Below, piece by piece: positions 1 through 32,666 of a stretch of 64,000 nucleotides of DNA (the first letter of the stretch is position 1; each line of letters opens with the position of its first letter). A model generated the notes under the pieces. The model was not told where the DNA came from. It saw only the letters and a program-made list of their open reading frames with translations, and ran no database searches. This DNA comes from Octopus sinensis (lineage: Eukaryota), in contig NC_043020.1 in assembly GCF_006345805.1 (NCBI RefSeq), positions 19,468,001 through 19,532,000 on the forward strand. Reading direction: 5' to 3'. Position numbers and translations under genes: made by a program.

Positions 1-207
1 CTGTTACGCACAGGGATCGATATAATCGACTTCATCCGTTTGTCTGTCTTTGTTTGACCTCTCTGTGTTTAGCCCTTCTGGGTAGTAAAGATAAAGGTAT
101 TTCATCGGCCGCTACGTCCTGAGTTCAGATTCCGCCGAAGTCGATTAAATAAGTAATCGATTTAACCCCTTCCCCTAGATTTGAGGCCTTGTGCTTCCAG
201 TAGAAGG

Positions 208-598
208 ATTATTGTTGTTGTTGTTGTTTTTGTTGTTGTTGTTGTTGTTTTACTTTTGTGAATGTTTGGTCTGGTTTTTTCTGGTTGATTATATGAGAGC
301 GGACAGTTCTCTTTTCCTCACATTATAATCTTTGATACTTCGTTGTTAATTATCGCGGGAGACATTCAACATCCAAGTACCAATCTCAAAATCCTAGCTG
401 TCTCCAGAAAAACAGTTTTGGGGGTTTGCCCTGGTCTCATGTCAATTCAGATTTCTCGATCTTGGTTGTTAGTACCCCGAGTGCCCCTTCACCTACTAGA
501 ATGACACACTCTCCTCATAGTCCACATTCTTACAATTTCATCATTTAGTAGTCTGTACTTTTCAATCTTTACTAGTTCTTTGTCATTTATGCGTACAT
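208..598 (-). mobile_element. R4/Dong-type LINE 3' fragment with (CAA)n tail
   Basis: Near-paralog of 1323-1720; REL endonuclease C-terminus (KIEKY..EI.RMW....LG). Confidence 0.7.
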
Positions 599-764
599 AA
601 ATTATTAATTCCTGTTCATTATATGAACGACAATAACGCAAATAATGAAGGTTTCAACAAAGGAATTAACTATTGGAAATATATAAACATAGAAGCGATG
701 GAAAGAGAGAAAGAGAGAGACAGTGGGGAGAGAAGGTAGTAAGACATTAAAAAATGTTTTACAG

Positions 765-1167
765 GCGTAGGAGTGGCTGTGTGATAAGTAGCTTGCTAAC
801 CAACCACATTGTTCCGGTTCAATCCCACTGCGTGGCACCTTCGGCAAGTGTCTTCTACTATAGCCTCAGGCCAACCAAAGCCTTGTGAGTGGATTTGGTA
901 GACGGAAACTGAAAGAAGCCCGTCGTATATATGTATATATATATATGTATATATGTATGTGTGTGTATATATATTTGTGTGTCTGTGTTTGCCCCCCCCC
1001 AAACATTACCTGATAATCGATGCTGGTGTGTTTGCGTCCCCGTAACTTAGCGGTTCGGCAAAAGAGACCGATAGAATAAGTACTAGGCTTACAAAGAATA
1101 AGTCCTGGGGTCGATTTGCTCGACTAAAGGCGGTGCTTCAGCATGGCTGCAGTCAAATGACTGAAAA
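765..1167 (+). mobile_element. SINE family A (tRNA-like head, internal TA/TG microsatellite). Other copies: ~3474-3905+, 12882-13270+, 21765-22205-, 24870-25256-, 31010-31235-, 36462-36888+, 37570-37690-, 48516-48812+, 49884-50050+, 57652-58082+, 63222-63560+
   Basis: Repeated GGAGTGGCTGTGTGGTAAG...GGTTCAATCCC head and GGCGGTGCTCCAGCATGGCCGCAGTCAAATGACTGAAAC tail. Confidence 0.88.
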
Positions 1168-1322
1168 AATAAGTGAATGAAAATGAATCATTGAGTTAAA
1201 AGAGACTTGATAAAAAACACATTAAAATGGGAGTTTTTGAAAAGTTTCTAGACAATGTAGAATTTAAATACTTTCATATAGTAAGCTACTTTCTCCATTA
1301 TAGTACAGATCATTATTATCAA

Positions 1323-2640
1323 TGTTGTTGTTGTAGTTGTTGTTGTTTTACTCTTCAGAACGTTCAGTCTTGTTTGTTCTGGTAGATTATGTGACAGCGG
1401 ACAGCATCCAACTGTCAGAGGTCTCACAGGGTCTCATTCCGCACATAATAAGCTTTGACACTTGGTTGTTAATTATCGCGGGAGACATTCAACATCCAAG
1501 TACCCATCTCCAAATCCTAGCTGTCCCCAGAAAAGCAGTTTTGGGGTTTGCCCTGCTCTCATGTCAATTCAGATTTCTCGAAGTTGGTTGTTAGTACTCC
1601 GAGTGCCCCTTCACCTACAAGAATGACAGACACTCTCCTCATAGTCCACATTCTTGCAATTTCATCATTTAGTAGTCTATACTTTTCAATCTTTATTAGT
1701 TCTTTGTCACTTATGCGTACATCTTCAGGTATTGCAATATCTATAATTTGGGATTCCTTTTCTTCCCTTTATCTACCACAACAATATCTGGTCTCCGAGC
1801 ATCAATTAGGGAGTCACATTGGATTGTAAAATCCCACAGTATATGTTCCTTGTTCTCGGTGACTTATTCTAGTTCATATTTGTACCGTTTCCGTGCTCTA
1901 GTACTCTTTTCTGTACGTTATATATATTTGTTAGCCCTTGTCTTTTTGTTATGTATTTGTCTTTTTTATCATACCTAATGCGCCTATTACGATAGGAATT
2001 GTTTCTGCTTCTAGATTCCACATTCGAGTTACCTCTATTTCCAGGTTTTTGTATTTTGAAAGTTTCTTTTAGAGAAACGTTGTCATCTGTTGGTATTGAT
2101 ACATCAATTAAAAAGCATTTCTTTTTCTTGGTAATCTCTGACAACTATATCCGGCCTATTGGCCTTAATTTCTCTATCTGTGTGTATTGGCATATCCCAG
2201 AGTATGGTTGCTTTCTCATTTTCTCTGACCTTTTCTGGTGTGTGCCTATACCATCATTTTTCTGTTGTTATTCTATAGTGTTGGCATAGCTACAAGTGTA
2301 TATAGGTCCCAACTTTGTGGTATCTGTGAATATATTCCTTCTTAGGCAGCACTGGGAAGCCTGAAACAATGTGGTTTATTGTTTCTTGTCCATCTCCATT
2401 GATAATTTCTGGTGGGAAGGTTTGATCTTGTGCTGCAAATTAAAAATCCTTCAGTCTCTGCTTCTCAGCCATTGTTGGGATTTTGCTTTGTCCATTCCTT
2501 TTGCCTTTAGTTTAACCCAGTATTTGCCATGAGGGGATTTTCTTGCCATCGTTTTACCATGATCCGTTGCTGTTCCAGTTTTTGTTTGGATTTCAGTTGT
2601 TTTACAGCTTTTGTTGTTTCTTCTTTTTCTTCGTAGTTGT
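1323..2640 (-). mobile_element. Two adjacent R4/Dong-type LINE 3' fragments (CCHC + REL endonuclease)
   Basis: Frameshifted peptides ILWDFTIQCD..RRPDIVVVDK..IIDIAIPED..KIEKY and KKCFLIDVSIPTDDNVSLKE; (CAA)n tail. Confidence 0.8.
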
Positions 2641-2686
2641 TAGGTACTATGAGTTCTTTTTTGTATTTGTCAGCTTCCTTAAAGAC

Positions 2687-2688
2687 TG

Positions 2689-2754
<66 letters not shown>

Positions 2755-2765
2755 AGTTTTATTAC

Positions 2766-2822
<57 letters not shown>

Positions 2823-2840
2823 TATTATTATCATCATCAA

Positions 2841-2908
<68 letters not shown>
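2687..2908. repeat. Compound (ATT)n/(ATC)n microsatellite
   Basis: Direct reading. Confidence 0.98.
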
Positions 2909-2909
<1 letters not shown>

Positions 2910-2915
2910 ATATAG

Positions 2916-21381
<18,466 letters not shown>

Positions 21382-21988
21382 ATTTGTGAATGTATCTATG
21401 TAAGCTGAAACCCTGCGTAAAGTGGCGTCTATTGATTGGCCTAACAAGTTACACAGTTTAATACCATCGTCTAAACCTTGAGTTCCTTTGGCAGACTTTG
21501 CTCTGTTGCGCGTATTCGAACCTGACTCCTATTATGTATCATTCTAATTAGTTAAAACTTCAAGAGTCCTTTCAACATCTTGGGGAAAAGAAATATTATT
21601 GTCTCTCATTTTCAGTAAGCTCTGAAGACATTTCTAGCACAAGAATATTTTGATACTTACGATCACTAAATATTACAAAAGAGATCAATATGAGAGCAAT
21701 CAACTTGCTAGAAATAGCTCCCAAATCTGTTTCAAATTACACCTGCTTGTTTTAAAAGGTATACTCTTTTACTTGTTTCAGTCATTTGACTGCGGCCATG
21801 CTGGAGCACCGCCTTTAGTCGAACAAATTGACCCCGGGACTTATTCTTTGTAAGCCAAGCACTTATTCTATCGCTCTCTTTTGCCGAACCGCTAAGTGAC
21901 GGCGGCGTAAACACACCAACATCGGTTGTCAAGCAATGCTAGGGGGACAAACACAGACACACAAACATACATGCACACACACACACAA

Positions 21989-22043
<55 letters not shown>

Positions 22044-22229
22044 CATATATACGACGGGCTTCTTTCAGTTTCCGTCTACCAAATCCACTCACAAGGCTTT
22101 GGTCGACCCGAGGCTATAGTAGAAGACACTTGCCCAAGATGTCACGCAGTGTGACTGAACCCGGAACCATGTGGTTGGTAAGCAAGCTACTTACCACACA
22201 GCCACATGAATAATATACTTCTATATCAT

Positions 22230-22870
22230 CTCTATCCAGCGAAGATTAGATATTCGGTAACATGATTCTGAATTTGAGTATGAAACTCTGTTCCTTCCGT
22301 TTCCGTATTTGCCGTTCATTGACGAATCAGTAATGGGATTGCCCAGGGATAGATTGGCCTAATATACATAGCAGTGTGCCTCGAATGTGTTCTCGAAGCA
22401 GCCGACAGGGAAATGTCATTTTCCCCCCAATGCAAAGTGCTCCGCAGTGTTTGCAGATGGTTCAATATATGAGGTTGGAAGAAGTACAGCAGACGCTTTG
22501 GGTACTGTGTTACTGTGAATTATGCCAAGTGTTGGTTGAAGTGTTGCTAAGAGGAACAGTTGTTGCATCTTCGAGGAGTCCATTTAAAAGTACTTGGTTG
22601 TGTTTGGCTAGGTGCTATAAGACTTCTAACGATGGGGTTCCTTTTTTGAAGGTGAGGAGAAGTGGTACAGGCAAGATCGGAGCGGCTGAGGTAATTTGGA
22701 AAAAAGTAAGATTCGGAAGTTGTGAATGTGTGCCACAAAAGGTGAATGGATGGGTGGAAAGTGAGGGACAATGGAATCTGGGAGTGCGTAAAGAAGATCG
22801 AAAAGCGGTCGTGCGCTCAGTGGTCTTGACCCGTCAGAATGTGGGGGCCACAAGAGAGTATTTCTGTTAA
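22230..22870 (-). mobile_element. Penelope-like GIY-YIG fragment
   Basis: Minus strand CTSSNLIY..CKHCGALCIG...RLLREHIR. Confidence 0.65.
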
Positions 22871-23350
22871 CTATTTATTAGTGAATACACCTGCATATTC
22901 AAAGAAGCGGAAGGGACAAATTCGGAATCATGTCGCTTAATGGGTTTTAACGGACATTTTCCTTCTACTCCAACGCCACTTCTGTGCGTTTGTGTGTTTG
23001 CGTGTGTGTGTGTGTTCCGCATGCACGCGTGCATATGTGTGTGTAAGAGTGTTTATGTAGGTATATGTATATCTTTTGTAGTTATAGTAACCAAGACTCT
23101 ATACGGATATTTTACTTGAGGGGCCAAAAGACAGAAGTATTGCATAATGGTATAAAATAAAATACAATAATAAAAAAAATTGTAAAAATACAAAACTGTC
23201 AATGAATGGAAGGGGACGTTTTTAATCATATAAGGAACTGAACCCCAAGAGGTATTTCTTGATGCGAACTCATGTGGTGAAACATTTTGGAAAACACACG
23301 CACTGGTTCTATTTCCCTTTATTGTTTGTAAATTAGTCATTTGATCAACC

Positions 23351-23470
23351 AACTAATCGATTTCTTGCTTAATCGGTCGGTTAAACAATCGATTAGTTGT
23401 TTTGTTTAGTTGCTAATTCAACTGATCGATTGTTTAACCGACTGACTGAGCAAGCGTTCGATTAGTAGAC
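23351..23470. repeat. Short imperfect inverted repeat (MITE-like)
   Basis: actaatcga..ggttaaacaatcgattagttg mirrored by caactgatcgattgtttaacc..tcgattagt. Confidence 0.6.
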
Positions 23471-24539
23471 TGGTTAAATTACTAATCAGCTGATTAATAA
23501 TAAAGAAGTGAAATCGAACTAGTGTGTGTGTTTATTAGTGGCCTAATGACCCTCCCAAAATACAACAAAACTAACTCCTTCGATTTTTAGAATTTAAACG
23601 TGAGAATATTCTTGTAATTGCAGTTGATTATCACCTCATTTCATTCATTTTGAAAGTTGTGTACTGGAAAGCAAAATTTCAACTACCTTGGAAGAGGTGG
23701 GAGAGTAGAAATTGAATGTAGGACAGTATGTGGATGTTGTGTTTGTGTCTTGTTGTTGGGACGGGGAAGCCTTGATGGGATGCATTATTTTGGATAGAAT
23801 TTGGTAGCAGAACCGGTTGGCGTTTCGGGGATTGTCTTGTTGGCTGTGTTCCTGTTGAGGTTTTTATTGCTATTGTTATCGACAGTAGTTCGATAGATAA
23901 AGCAATTAAGGATATAAACACAGAGAAATCGCATCACCACACCCAGCCCATCAGGAATCACCGTTAAGATGCTTAAAATATCTGGCGGAAACGGATATAG
24001 CATAATCACCCGTATAGTTAATCAAGGGAGTCATACTAAATGACTGGTGTAGCAGTCAAAGGCAAAGGTGGTGCCTTAGGCAAAAAAATTCAGAAGTATC
24101 AAATTGCTGGATTACCTTGTGAAAGTTATAGAGAGGGTCGTAGCTCAACTAATTAAGAAGAGATTTAACCTCGATGAAATGTAATTTTGTTTTGTGCCAG
24201 AGTGAAGTATTACTTCTGTAGTTGCCAGCACCCACACCATCATCTATCATCTATCCATCATCAATCTATCATGGCGAATGCCGGACAGAGAGGTCACACA
24301 GGAGAGCTAGGAAGAAGGGGAGATAATAAAGTACTGGTGATCCCAAAACGAAGGTGTGCGTGCGTGTGTATAAGAGAGCATGTATGTGTGTGTGGAAGAG
24401 GGCTGGTGACCTTGACGTGTGCGTGTGAGCATGTGTAGGTGTGTTGATGATGGTATGGGTAAGGCAACTGCAGAAGCATTTAGCCAAAAATAAACCTCTG
24501 TACGTACCTCTTGTCGATAAGGTGAAATCCTTTGACTAA

Positions 24540-24780
24540 ATCCCCTGCTCCCTTATCTGGTGGTCAATGCAAAAACTGGGGATAAATGAGTGGTCAGTGA
24601 AAGCTGTACAAGCCATGTACAGGGATGCTGTCAATAAGGTGAGTATAGCAATGAATTTAATGTACAAGTAGGAGTTCACCAAGGATCAGTTCTCAGACCC
24701 CTTTTGTTTATCATGGTCCTCCGAGCTTATAACAGGAACTTAAGACTGGTTGGCCTTGGGAGCTCCTCTACGCCGATGAA
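24540..24780 (+). mobile_element. RTE LINE RT fragment
   Basis: GVHQGSVL.PLLFIMV-like motif; a similar fragment lies at 44210-44350. Confidence 0.6.
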
Positions 24781-26134
24781 GGCTTAAAGGGAAATTATTC
24801 TTGCTAGGATTTGATCCTAGAATGTAAAGGAATGTGATAAAAATAACACAAGACCACAACACATATATATTACTTGTTTCAGTCATTAGGTTGCGGCCAT
24901 GCCGGGGCACCACCTTGAAGAATTTTTAGTCGAACGACTTACTTTTAAGCCTGGTACATATTGTATCAGTCACTTTTGCCGAACCGCTAAGTTACGGGGA
25001 CGTAACCACACCATCACTGGTTGTCAAGCGGTAGTGGGGGAGGCACAAACACAGACACAAAGACACACACACGTATATAATAATATACATATATACGACG
25101 GGCTTCTTTCAGTTTCCGTCTACCAAATCCACTCAAAAGGCTTTGGTTAACCTGACGCTATAATAAAAGACATTTGCCCAAGATGCTACACATTGAGACT
25201 GAACCCTGAACCAGGTAGCTGGGAAGCAAGCTTCCTACCACACAGCCTCGCCTGCTCCTATATATAATATATTCCAGTACCCTACCAGTTATGTCGTTCC
25301 ATTGTCTTATAATTCTATTAATAGTAATAATAATAATATCTTACAGCTAATGGATTGGGTCATAAACTTTCGAAGAAGGATGCAGCCAAAAGATGAAAGG
25401 TAAATTTAACCTGAGATTTGAACAGAGGTATAAATAAACATTGCAAAACATTTTCCGGTTGTTCCTTTGATTTCACTAATCTAAAAACCCTGATGTTGCG
25501 CTTCTTATGCCCTTTTGAAAAATAATTTCTGAGCAAAGCACCAGGCCTCTGATATTTCTTTTTTTTTTTTTTTAAAAAGCCGAAACTATGACGTGGAACT
25601 TTATTCGGAATGGAATCCAAATTGCTTTAGTTAAACTTGCCCACCGTGCAGTTCGCGTCATAAATTTTAAATCTCAAGTCAATTCGAATAAGGGCCAATG
25701 AGTAACTTCGAAAACATCAACGCAGAACTTGCTCAATACCACATATTTGCTTGTCAGTTGTTTGACCTTAACCAGTTGAGCATGTCCCTTAGTGGCTGAC
25801 AATATGTGCATCTCTGATCACGAGCAGGAGTAGCGGCAAAGCATCATAACCATGTATTGAGAGGAATTCTTTGGGGTTTGAATAATTTACCTCTGGAAAC
25901 ATGGGTGTTTCGTTCAATATCTTTAAACGACTCTTATCCTTTTGAGCGGGATAGGCTACACGACCTGAAGAAAATTCTAACTAGATCCACCTACAAGGCC
26001 ATGCACTGTTTATTTTAATATGAGATCATTATTATATCGTGCGCAAGTGGTTGTGGTGCATGTGCCGGCTAGTCAAGATGGGTATACTGGGCTTCGTATT
26101 TTTTACCCCAGTGTCACTTTGTTGGCATGTACTG

Positions 26135-26924
26135 TTGATGATTGGCTGATGAAAGGAACACTAAAAAAGAAACCGAGTGCACTATACTGGCAGCACAGGA
26201 CCAAGCTGTGGCCACAAACTGGAGGGTCAACTTGAGGAATGAGCAAGTGTCTCCGCTGTGCCGCATCTGCAATAGAGTGGTTGAAACCATTGCCCATATC
26301 ATGAACGAATGCCTTAGACTTGCTCAAAACAACTATAATTTGTGGCGACACGATAAGGTAGCGAAAGTGCTACACTGGAAACTGTGCGAAAAGTGGGGGC
26401 TAGAGAGAAACAAGACGTGCTATGGGCACAAACCGCAGAGAATGACAGAGTCAGAGACTAGCGAAATCCTCTGGGATTTCTCAATCCAAACTGATCAGGT
26501 GCTAGAGCATAACAGACCAGACCTGGTGTTGGTGGACAAGGTGCACCACATATGCTATATAGTTGACGTTGCATGCCCCTTTGACCCACGAATAGTCAAG
26601 AAAGAAGGCGAAAATATAGATAGATACAATCCTATTAAGTAATAAATAGCCCGGCTATGGAAAATGAAGAAGGTGGAGATAGTGTCAATTATTGTTGGGT
26701 CCTTGGGAACAGTAGCAGAAGGCATCAAGAGGAGTATAAAGGAAATTGGAATAGAGCGGCCAGCAGAACTGTTACAGAGGGTTTACCTCCTTGGCACGGC
26801 CAGAATAACTAGGAAAGTATTAGATAGATGAAAAGAACGAATAGCATGGTATCGTAGGCTGCAGGTTGTAAGCCATCGATGCATGCCAGACTCCAGGAAC
26901 TCCAACAAAACCGTGATAAGAGAA

Positions 26925-26925
<1 letters not shown>
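26135..26925 (+). mobile_element. R4/Dong-type LINE 3' end followed by (AAT)n
   Basis: ORF 26142-26642: CRIC..ETIAHIMNEC (CCHC), RHDKVAKVLHW, ILWDFSIQTD, RPDLVLVD, IVDVACPFD (REL). Confidence 0.9.
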
Positions 26926-27001
<76 letters not shown>

Positions 27002-27578
27002 TATCATTATTATTATTATTATTATTGAGTGAGAGAGCAGTTCATGCCATCAAAGTGACACTGGGGTAAAATATACGAAGCCCAATATACCCATCATGAC
27101 TACCCGTCTGATAAAGGTACACCAGGCACATGCATCACAACCATATGTGCGCGACATGGTGATCTCATATCAAGATAAACAGCACATGACCTTGCAGGTA
27201 GGGCCAGTTAGAATTTTCTTCAGGTTGAGTAGCCCATCCCGCTCAAACGGTCCTGAATAAGGGTTGTTTAAGGATGTTGAAAGAACCACCCATGTTTCCA
27301 GAGGTGAACTATTCAAACCCCAAAGAATCCCTCTCAACACATGGCTATGATGCTCCCCCACTACTTCTGCTCGTGATCAGAGATGCACATATCGTCAGCA
27401 CTAGGGACATGCTCAACTGGTTAAGGTCAAACAACTGACAAGCAAATCTGTGGTATTGAGCAGAATATTTGCTGTAGCCATCTTTTATACCAAGACAAAA
27501 CAATGTACATGATAACACTTCCAATCAGTTAAGATCAGAAGCCATGAGAGCCACTGCCTGGTACTGCATCAGGGCATA

Positions 27579-27714
<136 letters not shown>

Positions 27715-27899
27715 TATTATTATTATTATTATTATTATTCGTCGTCGTCCTGATGGGATGCACGTGTTAGTCCGCTCGTAAGTTTTTCCTCCAAAATTTT
27801 ATTTCCAAAAGTTGTTAGTTGCTTATTTTGTTACTAAACGTTTTACTAAAGCACCAACTTTGCATAGGTGGGTCGCTTTGTGTTGTTAGTGCCCGCCCT

Positions 27900-28330
27900 A
27901 GGGTCTGTAATCTCAAAATAATTGTTTCATGGCTGACCAAGCTGGAGCGCTTACTCTTCTGCTTTCTGTGGAAGGGTCGTGTTCCACTCGTCAGAAGGTC
28001 CATCTGCTGTCAGCAGCCGCGCATGCCGTGGTTAATGATGCGCAGATTTGCGCTGAGGCTGCAGCATCTCCGGCACTTTCTTAACAGTGAACAGGTGTGG
28101 CCGCCGTTTGTCAAGCAGGATTTTTCGCAGCTCATCTCATTGAAAGAGCTACAGTCCTGGATCAAGCGTGAACCAAGAAAGGGCGCTTGAGACCTGGAGT
28201 GTCGGCACACGCTCACAGCTTTCTGTCAGCCGGGTAACGGGATTCTATAGGGGATTAGTGGCGGGTAACAGACGATGACGTCCTTGAGGAAACTCTGGGT
28301 GTCGGGAGGGATCAATTAAATGGTCTTTTC
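27900..28330 (+). mobile_element. Tx1/L1-clade LINE fragment (post-RT region)
   Basis: KLERLLFCFLWKGRVPLVRRSICC..MPWL..RFALRL. Confidence 0.65.
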
Positions 28331-28503
28331 CTGAGAACTTTCGGGCCAGGGCCTATGGATAGTTCCAGAAATTCCTGGCCTGGCAGTGCTACCGGGAGCT
28401 CTACCGGTTCGAGACAAGCTCTACAGACACGGAAGTGCTGTCAGACGGACATTATATATATACATTTACAAAGTACAAAAAAGCGCGCACACACACACAC
28501 ACA

Positions 28504-28549
<46 letters not shown>

Positions 28550-28599
28550 ATACCTACATATAAACATCAATTATGATCCTTTTCGGGAGTGTTGTATTC

Positions 28600-30640
28600 T
28601 TTTCCTCTGCTTTATCCCTTCTATTCCCAAGGGAGTTGTAGCTGCTTTTGGAACTGGGTAGCAAACTGTCTTTGAGATGAATAAATTGGCGTCGCTAACG
28701 TGGAAAAATTTATGTTATTTATCAAAAGAGAAAATACATTACATTTCTTTAAGAAGTCGAGATATGTTTCTATGTTTGAAGAGAGCCTCTTCAAGCAAGA
28801 CTGTTGGGAGGTGAGACCCTTCCAGTATTGAGTGTCCCAAGCCCTTCGTAGCATGGGTCCGGAGCAATCGCACCCTTCGCCGCCTATAAATTCAGCCCTG
28901 CATTGAGCAGTGATTTAAATTCGAATATTCTATCAATACTTTCATTTCAACGTACAAAGCGGTCATCCAGATATCATTTCTAATTCTCTTATATATTGGT
29001 AAAAGGAGTATCCATATTTTTGAAGCGATACTTGATGTATTATCAATTCTAAATAATCTATAGCTAGGTTTGCAAAAACTGGGGCTGCTTTTATCCCCAT
29101 CACAATTCAACTTTTCTGTTGGTAATAATTGGCATAAAACCAAAAGTAATTGTTCTGGAAGATAAATTTTAATGCTATAAATTCCTTGTCGATACACTTT
29201 GGTAATTCTTCTGGATAATTCTCCAACCAGAATTTGGTTGCTGTGTGGGATAGTCGTGTGGGATATCAATCAGCATACAGGCTCACAACATCAAAGAATA
29301 AGATAACTGTCTCTTTATTGATTGTTTTGGGGAGGTGGTTTAACATATTTAAATTGTCTCTAATGAAGCTTTTTATATATTTCAGAAAGGGTTTTAGTAG
29401 GATGTCGAGAAAATTGCTTAAGCAGTGAGTTTCACATGATGGGCCAGCTATGATAGGTCTTAATTATAAATCTCTTGGTGATTGGACGTTAATGCATATG
29501 TTTGATAATTCTTTCCAAGCTTCATGAATTTTTTTTTCTGAAATATTTGGTAAAGCTTAGAAAAGACTAGATTTTTATTTCAAATTTGTTATATGATCGA
29601 TTTCTTTGTTTGTCAAACTTTTCCGTATAGGTGAAGTAAGGACGAACGATGTTTCATTATTTTCTATTTCATAGTCAAATGTAAATAATGTAAATAATAT
29701 AAATAATGTACATAATTCCTCATCTCTTAAATATAGAACTGTATTCAAAATGTTATCACAAAAATCAACGAGTGCTTCATTCCTACCTTTAGATGGAAAA
29801 AAATTGCTTTTGTTTTTAACAAATGACTCATCATTGTTATTATATTTAAACAATGCTTCTGTAAGTCGCAAATTTCTGCAAAATTCCTTAATGTTGTCTA
29901 CGGTTTCATTTTGCAGGAGGTCGAGGTAAATAGTAATTGTTTTTGCTTGTATGTTAATTTTTGTTATTGAAAAAGTTTTCTGCGATAAATTTAATACTTT
30001 GTATTTTCCTGTATGTTCCAACGTGTGTCCGTTTCTCTGGGTCAAGAAACGTTTGTTGTAATTGTTTTATTTATTTATTTATTTATTTATGCGCGATTTC
30101 TGTGACATATGTGCCCTTCCCCAGCTGGGCGGGATGCCATTTCTGTATGGGTTTTCATTCGTAATTTCTTTTTTATAAAAAGGGTTATTGGAACTGTATT
30201 CTGTTTTGAACTGAGTTTCATAATGCACTGTTGTATCCTCTTTGGGTTAACTATTGGTCAGTATATTAGTTGTTGAAGTTGAGAGAGCTTGGAACATAGT
30301 CAGGTGACAGGTACTTTTTTTTTCGAAGAAATTTTTCCTCAATATTGAAGGGAATATATTTCTTCAGAGTCATAAGTTTCTTTCCATAGTTTGAGAACGC
30401 TTTCCAAAAGATCTCCCTCGGTATCTTTAATGAATTCTATATGCATTTCTTCATCAATGGTTTTATAGTTTTGTTCATTGTTTGATTAGCTTAATTAATT
30501 AGCATGTTTGATTAGCTTAATTAATTCAATTTCTATTTTCTTCCTTAGTTGTCTTTATTGTTCAGGTATTTCTGGAATTAGTTTCATCTGGATTTTGAGA
30601 GGAAGAACTAATGGTGTTGAGTTCATCCATCGTTCATATA
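28600..30640 (-). mobile_element. Degraded Penelope-like element (N-terminal and RT region)
   Basis: VLNLSQKTFS..FCRNLRLTE..SNFFPSKGRNEAL in ORF 29575-30045; degenerate RT motif in ORF 28892-29269. Confidence 0.65.
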
Positions 30641-32287
30641 TTTCTTGTTATTATTTTTAATTATGTTCCAAAATGTGAATTTTCTCACTTTTAATTTTTT
30701 GTTCCAAATATGGCTAATTCGGCTGTTAGTTAGATATGCTAATGCTGGTATAATTTTCATTATGTTTCATGTTTTTGGAATTTTTCTTTTTCAAATTATG
30801 TTTACAAAGATCAAATGTAAGGTTGTGCATAATTGATCCAAATTTTGACCAACCAGTTCCGAAGAATGTCTTCCTTCTTCACTTCCTTTTGCTTCTCGGG
30901 TATAGGGATTTAATTCATCGATTTTGTTCATTAGTGTGACCAGATCTGAGTTAATTTCTTTTAATTCCCTCAGAATGTCTTCGTTACTAATTTTATCCAA
31001 TGTGTTACACACACACACACACACACACACGCACGCATATACACACAAACACACACACACACACACACACAACGGGATTCTTTCAGTTTCCATTCACTAA
31101 ATCTCCTCACAAAGCTTTGATCTGCCCAGAACTCCAGTGCGAAACACTTGCCCAAAACGCCATGCAGAAGGATTGAACCCAAAACCATATATATGTAAAA
31201 CAAGCTTCTTAACCACCCAGCCACGCACGTGCCCACGTGAAGATATGGGACCGAATATTATCAAAATTGAATCATAGATTCATTGGACACATGTCAAGAT
31301 CAGTTAGGCACTGATATCGCCACCAGGATTGATATCCGCTCTTCATCCCCCATTGTTTTGACTCCTCACTAAAATCAGTCTGATTTCTATAAACAAAATC
31401 GTCCGCCGATGTAATAGGGCCGCCGGAGCTAGAGCGCCGCCCGAGTTATAGCACCGCCGGAGCTACAAATGCATGGACTCGCCATTACACTCTCACCATC
31501 TGAGTAATTCCTTCAATATGCGTTCACCATTTTTTTATCACCACGCACGCGCGCGAGCACAAAGATTGTGAAGTAAACCATGACATAATATACAGACATA
31601 AAACCAAAGACCGTCACAGATTCGTCATCGGTTCTCAAGTGAAAGCAAGTTCGCTTGAGGAGTAGAAGAAACGCAACACAAACACAAAATATAAAAGGCA
31701 TAGATATTAAACGAGAATATTTTTAGATGGAATTTAAGTATGGAGATCGGCTTCCATAAATAACAATATCGTTTTATTAAACACGAAGTTACACCATGTT
31801 TATTGTGACGTTGCTCTTACGTCAAGGATATGGAATAGAAATAATGATTTCAGGAGATCTTTGATCGATTCTCTTCGTTCTTGTCATTCCTCATCTTCAA
31901 CTAATTCTTTTTGAATTTGTCGTTCTTTATTTTCTACTAGTTTTACTAAAGGTATCGGCTACTAAACTCATTTTTTCTTTATTTTATCGTATTCTGTTTA
32001 TGTATTTTCTCCGCTTGACGATTGTTTGTATGTATCGTAAGTTATTCATTTTAAATTATTCTCATTCTAGCCTGAAGTAATTTCACTTATTAAATACAAT
32101 CATCATTTAAGTTTGAGGATTTTATTGGTCCGCGTTTACCAATAATCAATTTGGCAAGAGTTGAAAGTTGGTGCGCTATGAAGAGTGTAGCATTTCGTCC
32201 GTCTTTACGTTCTGAGTTCAAATTCTGCCGAGGTCGACTTTGCCTTTCATTCTTTTTGAGGTTGATAAAACAAGTACCAGTAAATCT

Positions 32288-32666
32288 GGAGGCACAATGG
32301 CCCAGTGGTTAGGGCAGCGGACTCGCGGTCGTAGGATCGCGGTTTCGATTCCCAAAGACCGGGCGTTGTGAGTGTTTATTGAGCGAAAACACCTAAAGCT
32401 CCACGAGGCTCCAGCAGGGATGGTGGTGATCCCTGCTGTACTCTTTCACCACAACTTTCTCTCACTCTTACTTCGTGTTTCTGTTGTACCTGTATTTCAA
32501 AGGGCCAGCCTTGTCACTCTCTGTGTCATGCTGAATATCCCCAAGAACTACGTTAAGGGTACACGTGTCTGTGGAGTGCTCAGCCACTTACACGTTAATT
32601 TCACGAGCAGGCTGTTCCGTTGATCGGATCAACCGGAACCCTCGTCGTCGTAACCGACGGAGTGCT
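32288..32666 (+). mobile_element. tRNA-derived SINE family C nested in a family B copy. Other copies: 12261-12560, 13325-13706, 44473-44735
   Basis: A-box/B-box head GGCCCAGTGGTTAGGGCAGCGGACTCGCGG...GGTTTCGATTCC; AGTAAA repeated near both junctions. Confidence 0.85.

Noticed and set aside
28755-28815. Hammerhead-like remnant on the minus strand (AGTC...GAAACATATCTC-GACT)
   Set aside because: The CTGANGA core is absent and the helix III palindrome is broken
31400-31560. GC-rich patch with CGCCGGAGCTA twice, as a possible gene 2 promoter
   Set aside because: No independent support; equally likely a transposon subterminal sequence
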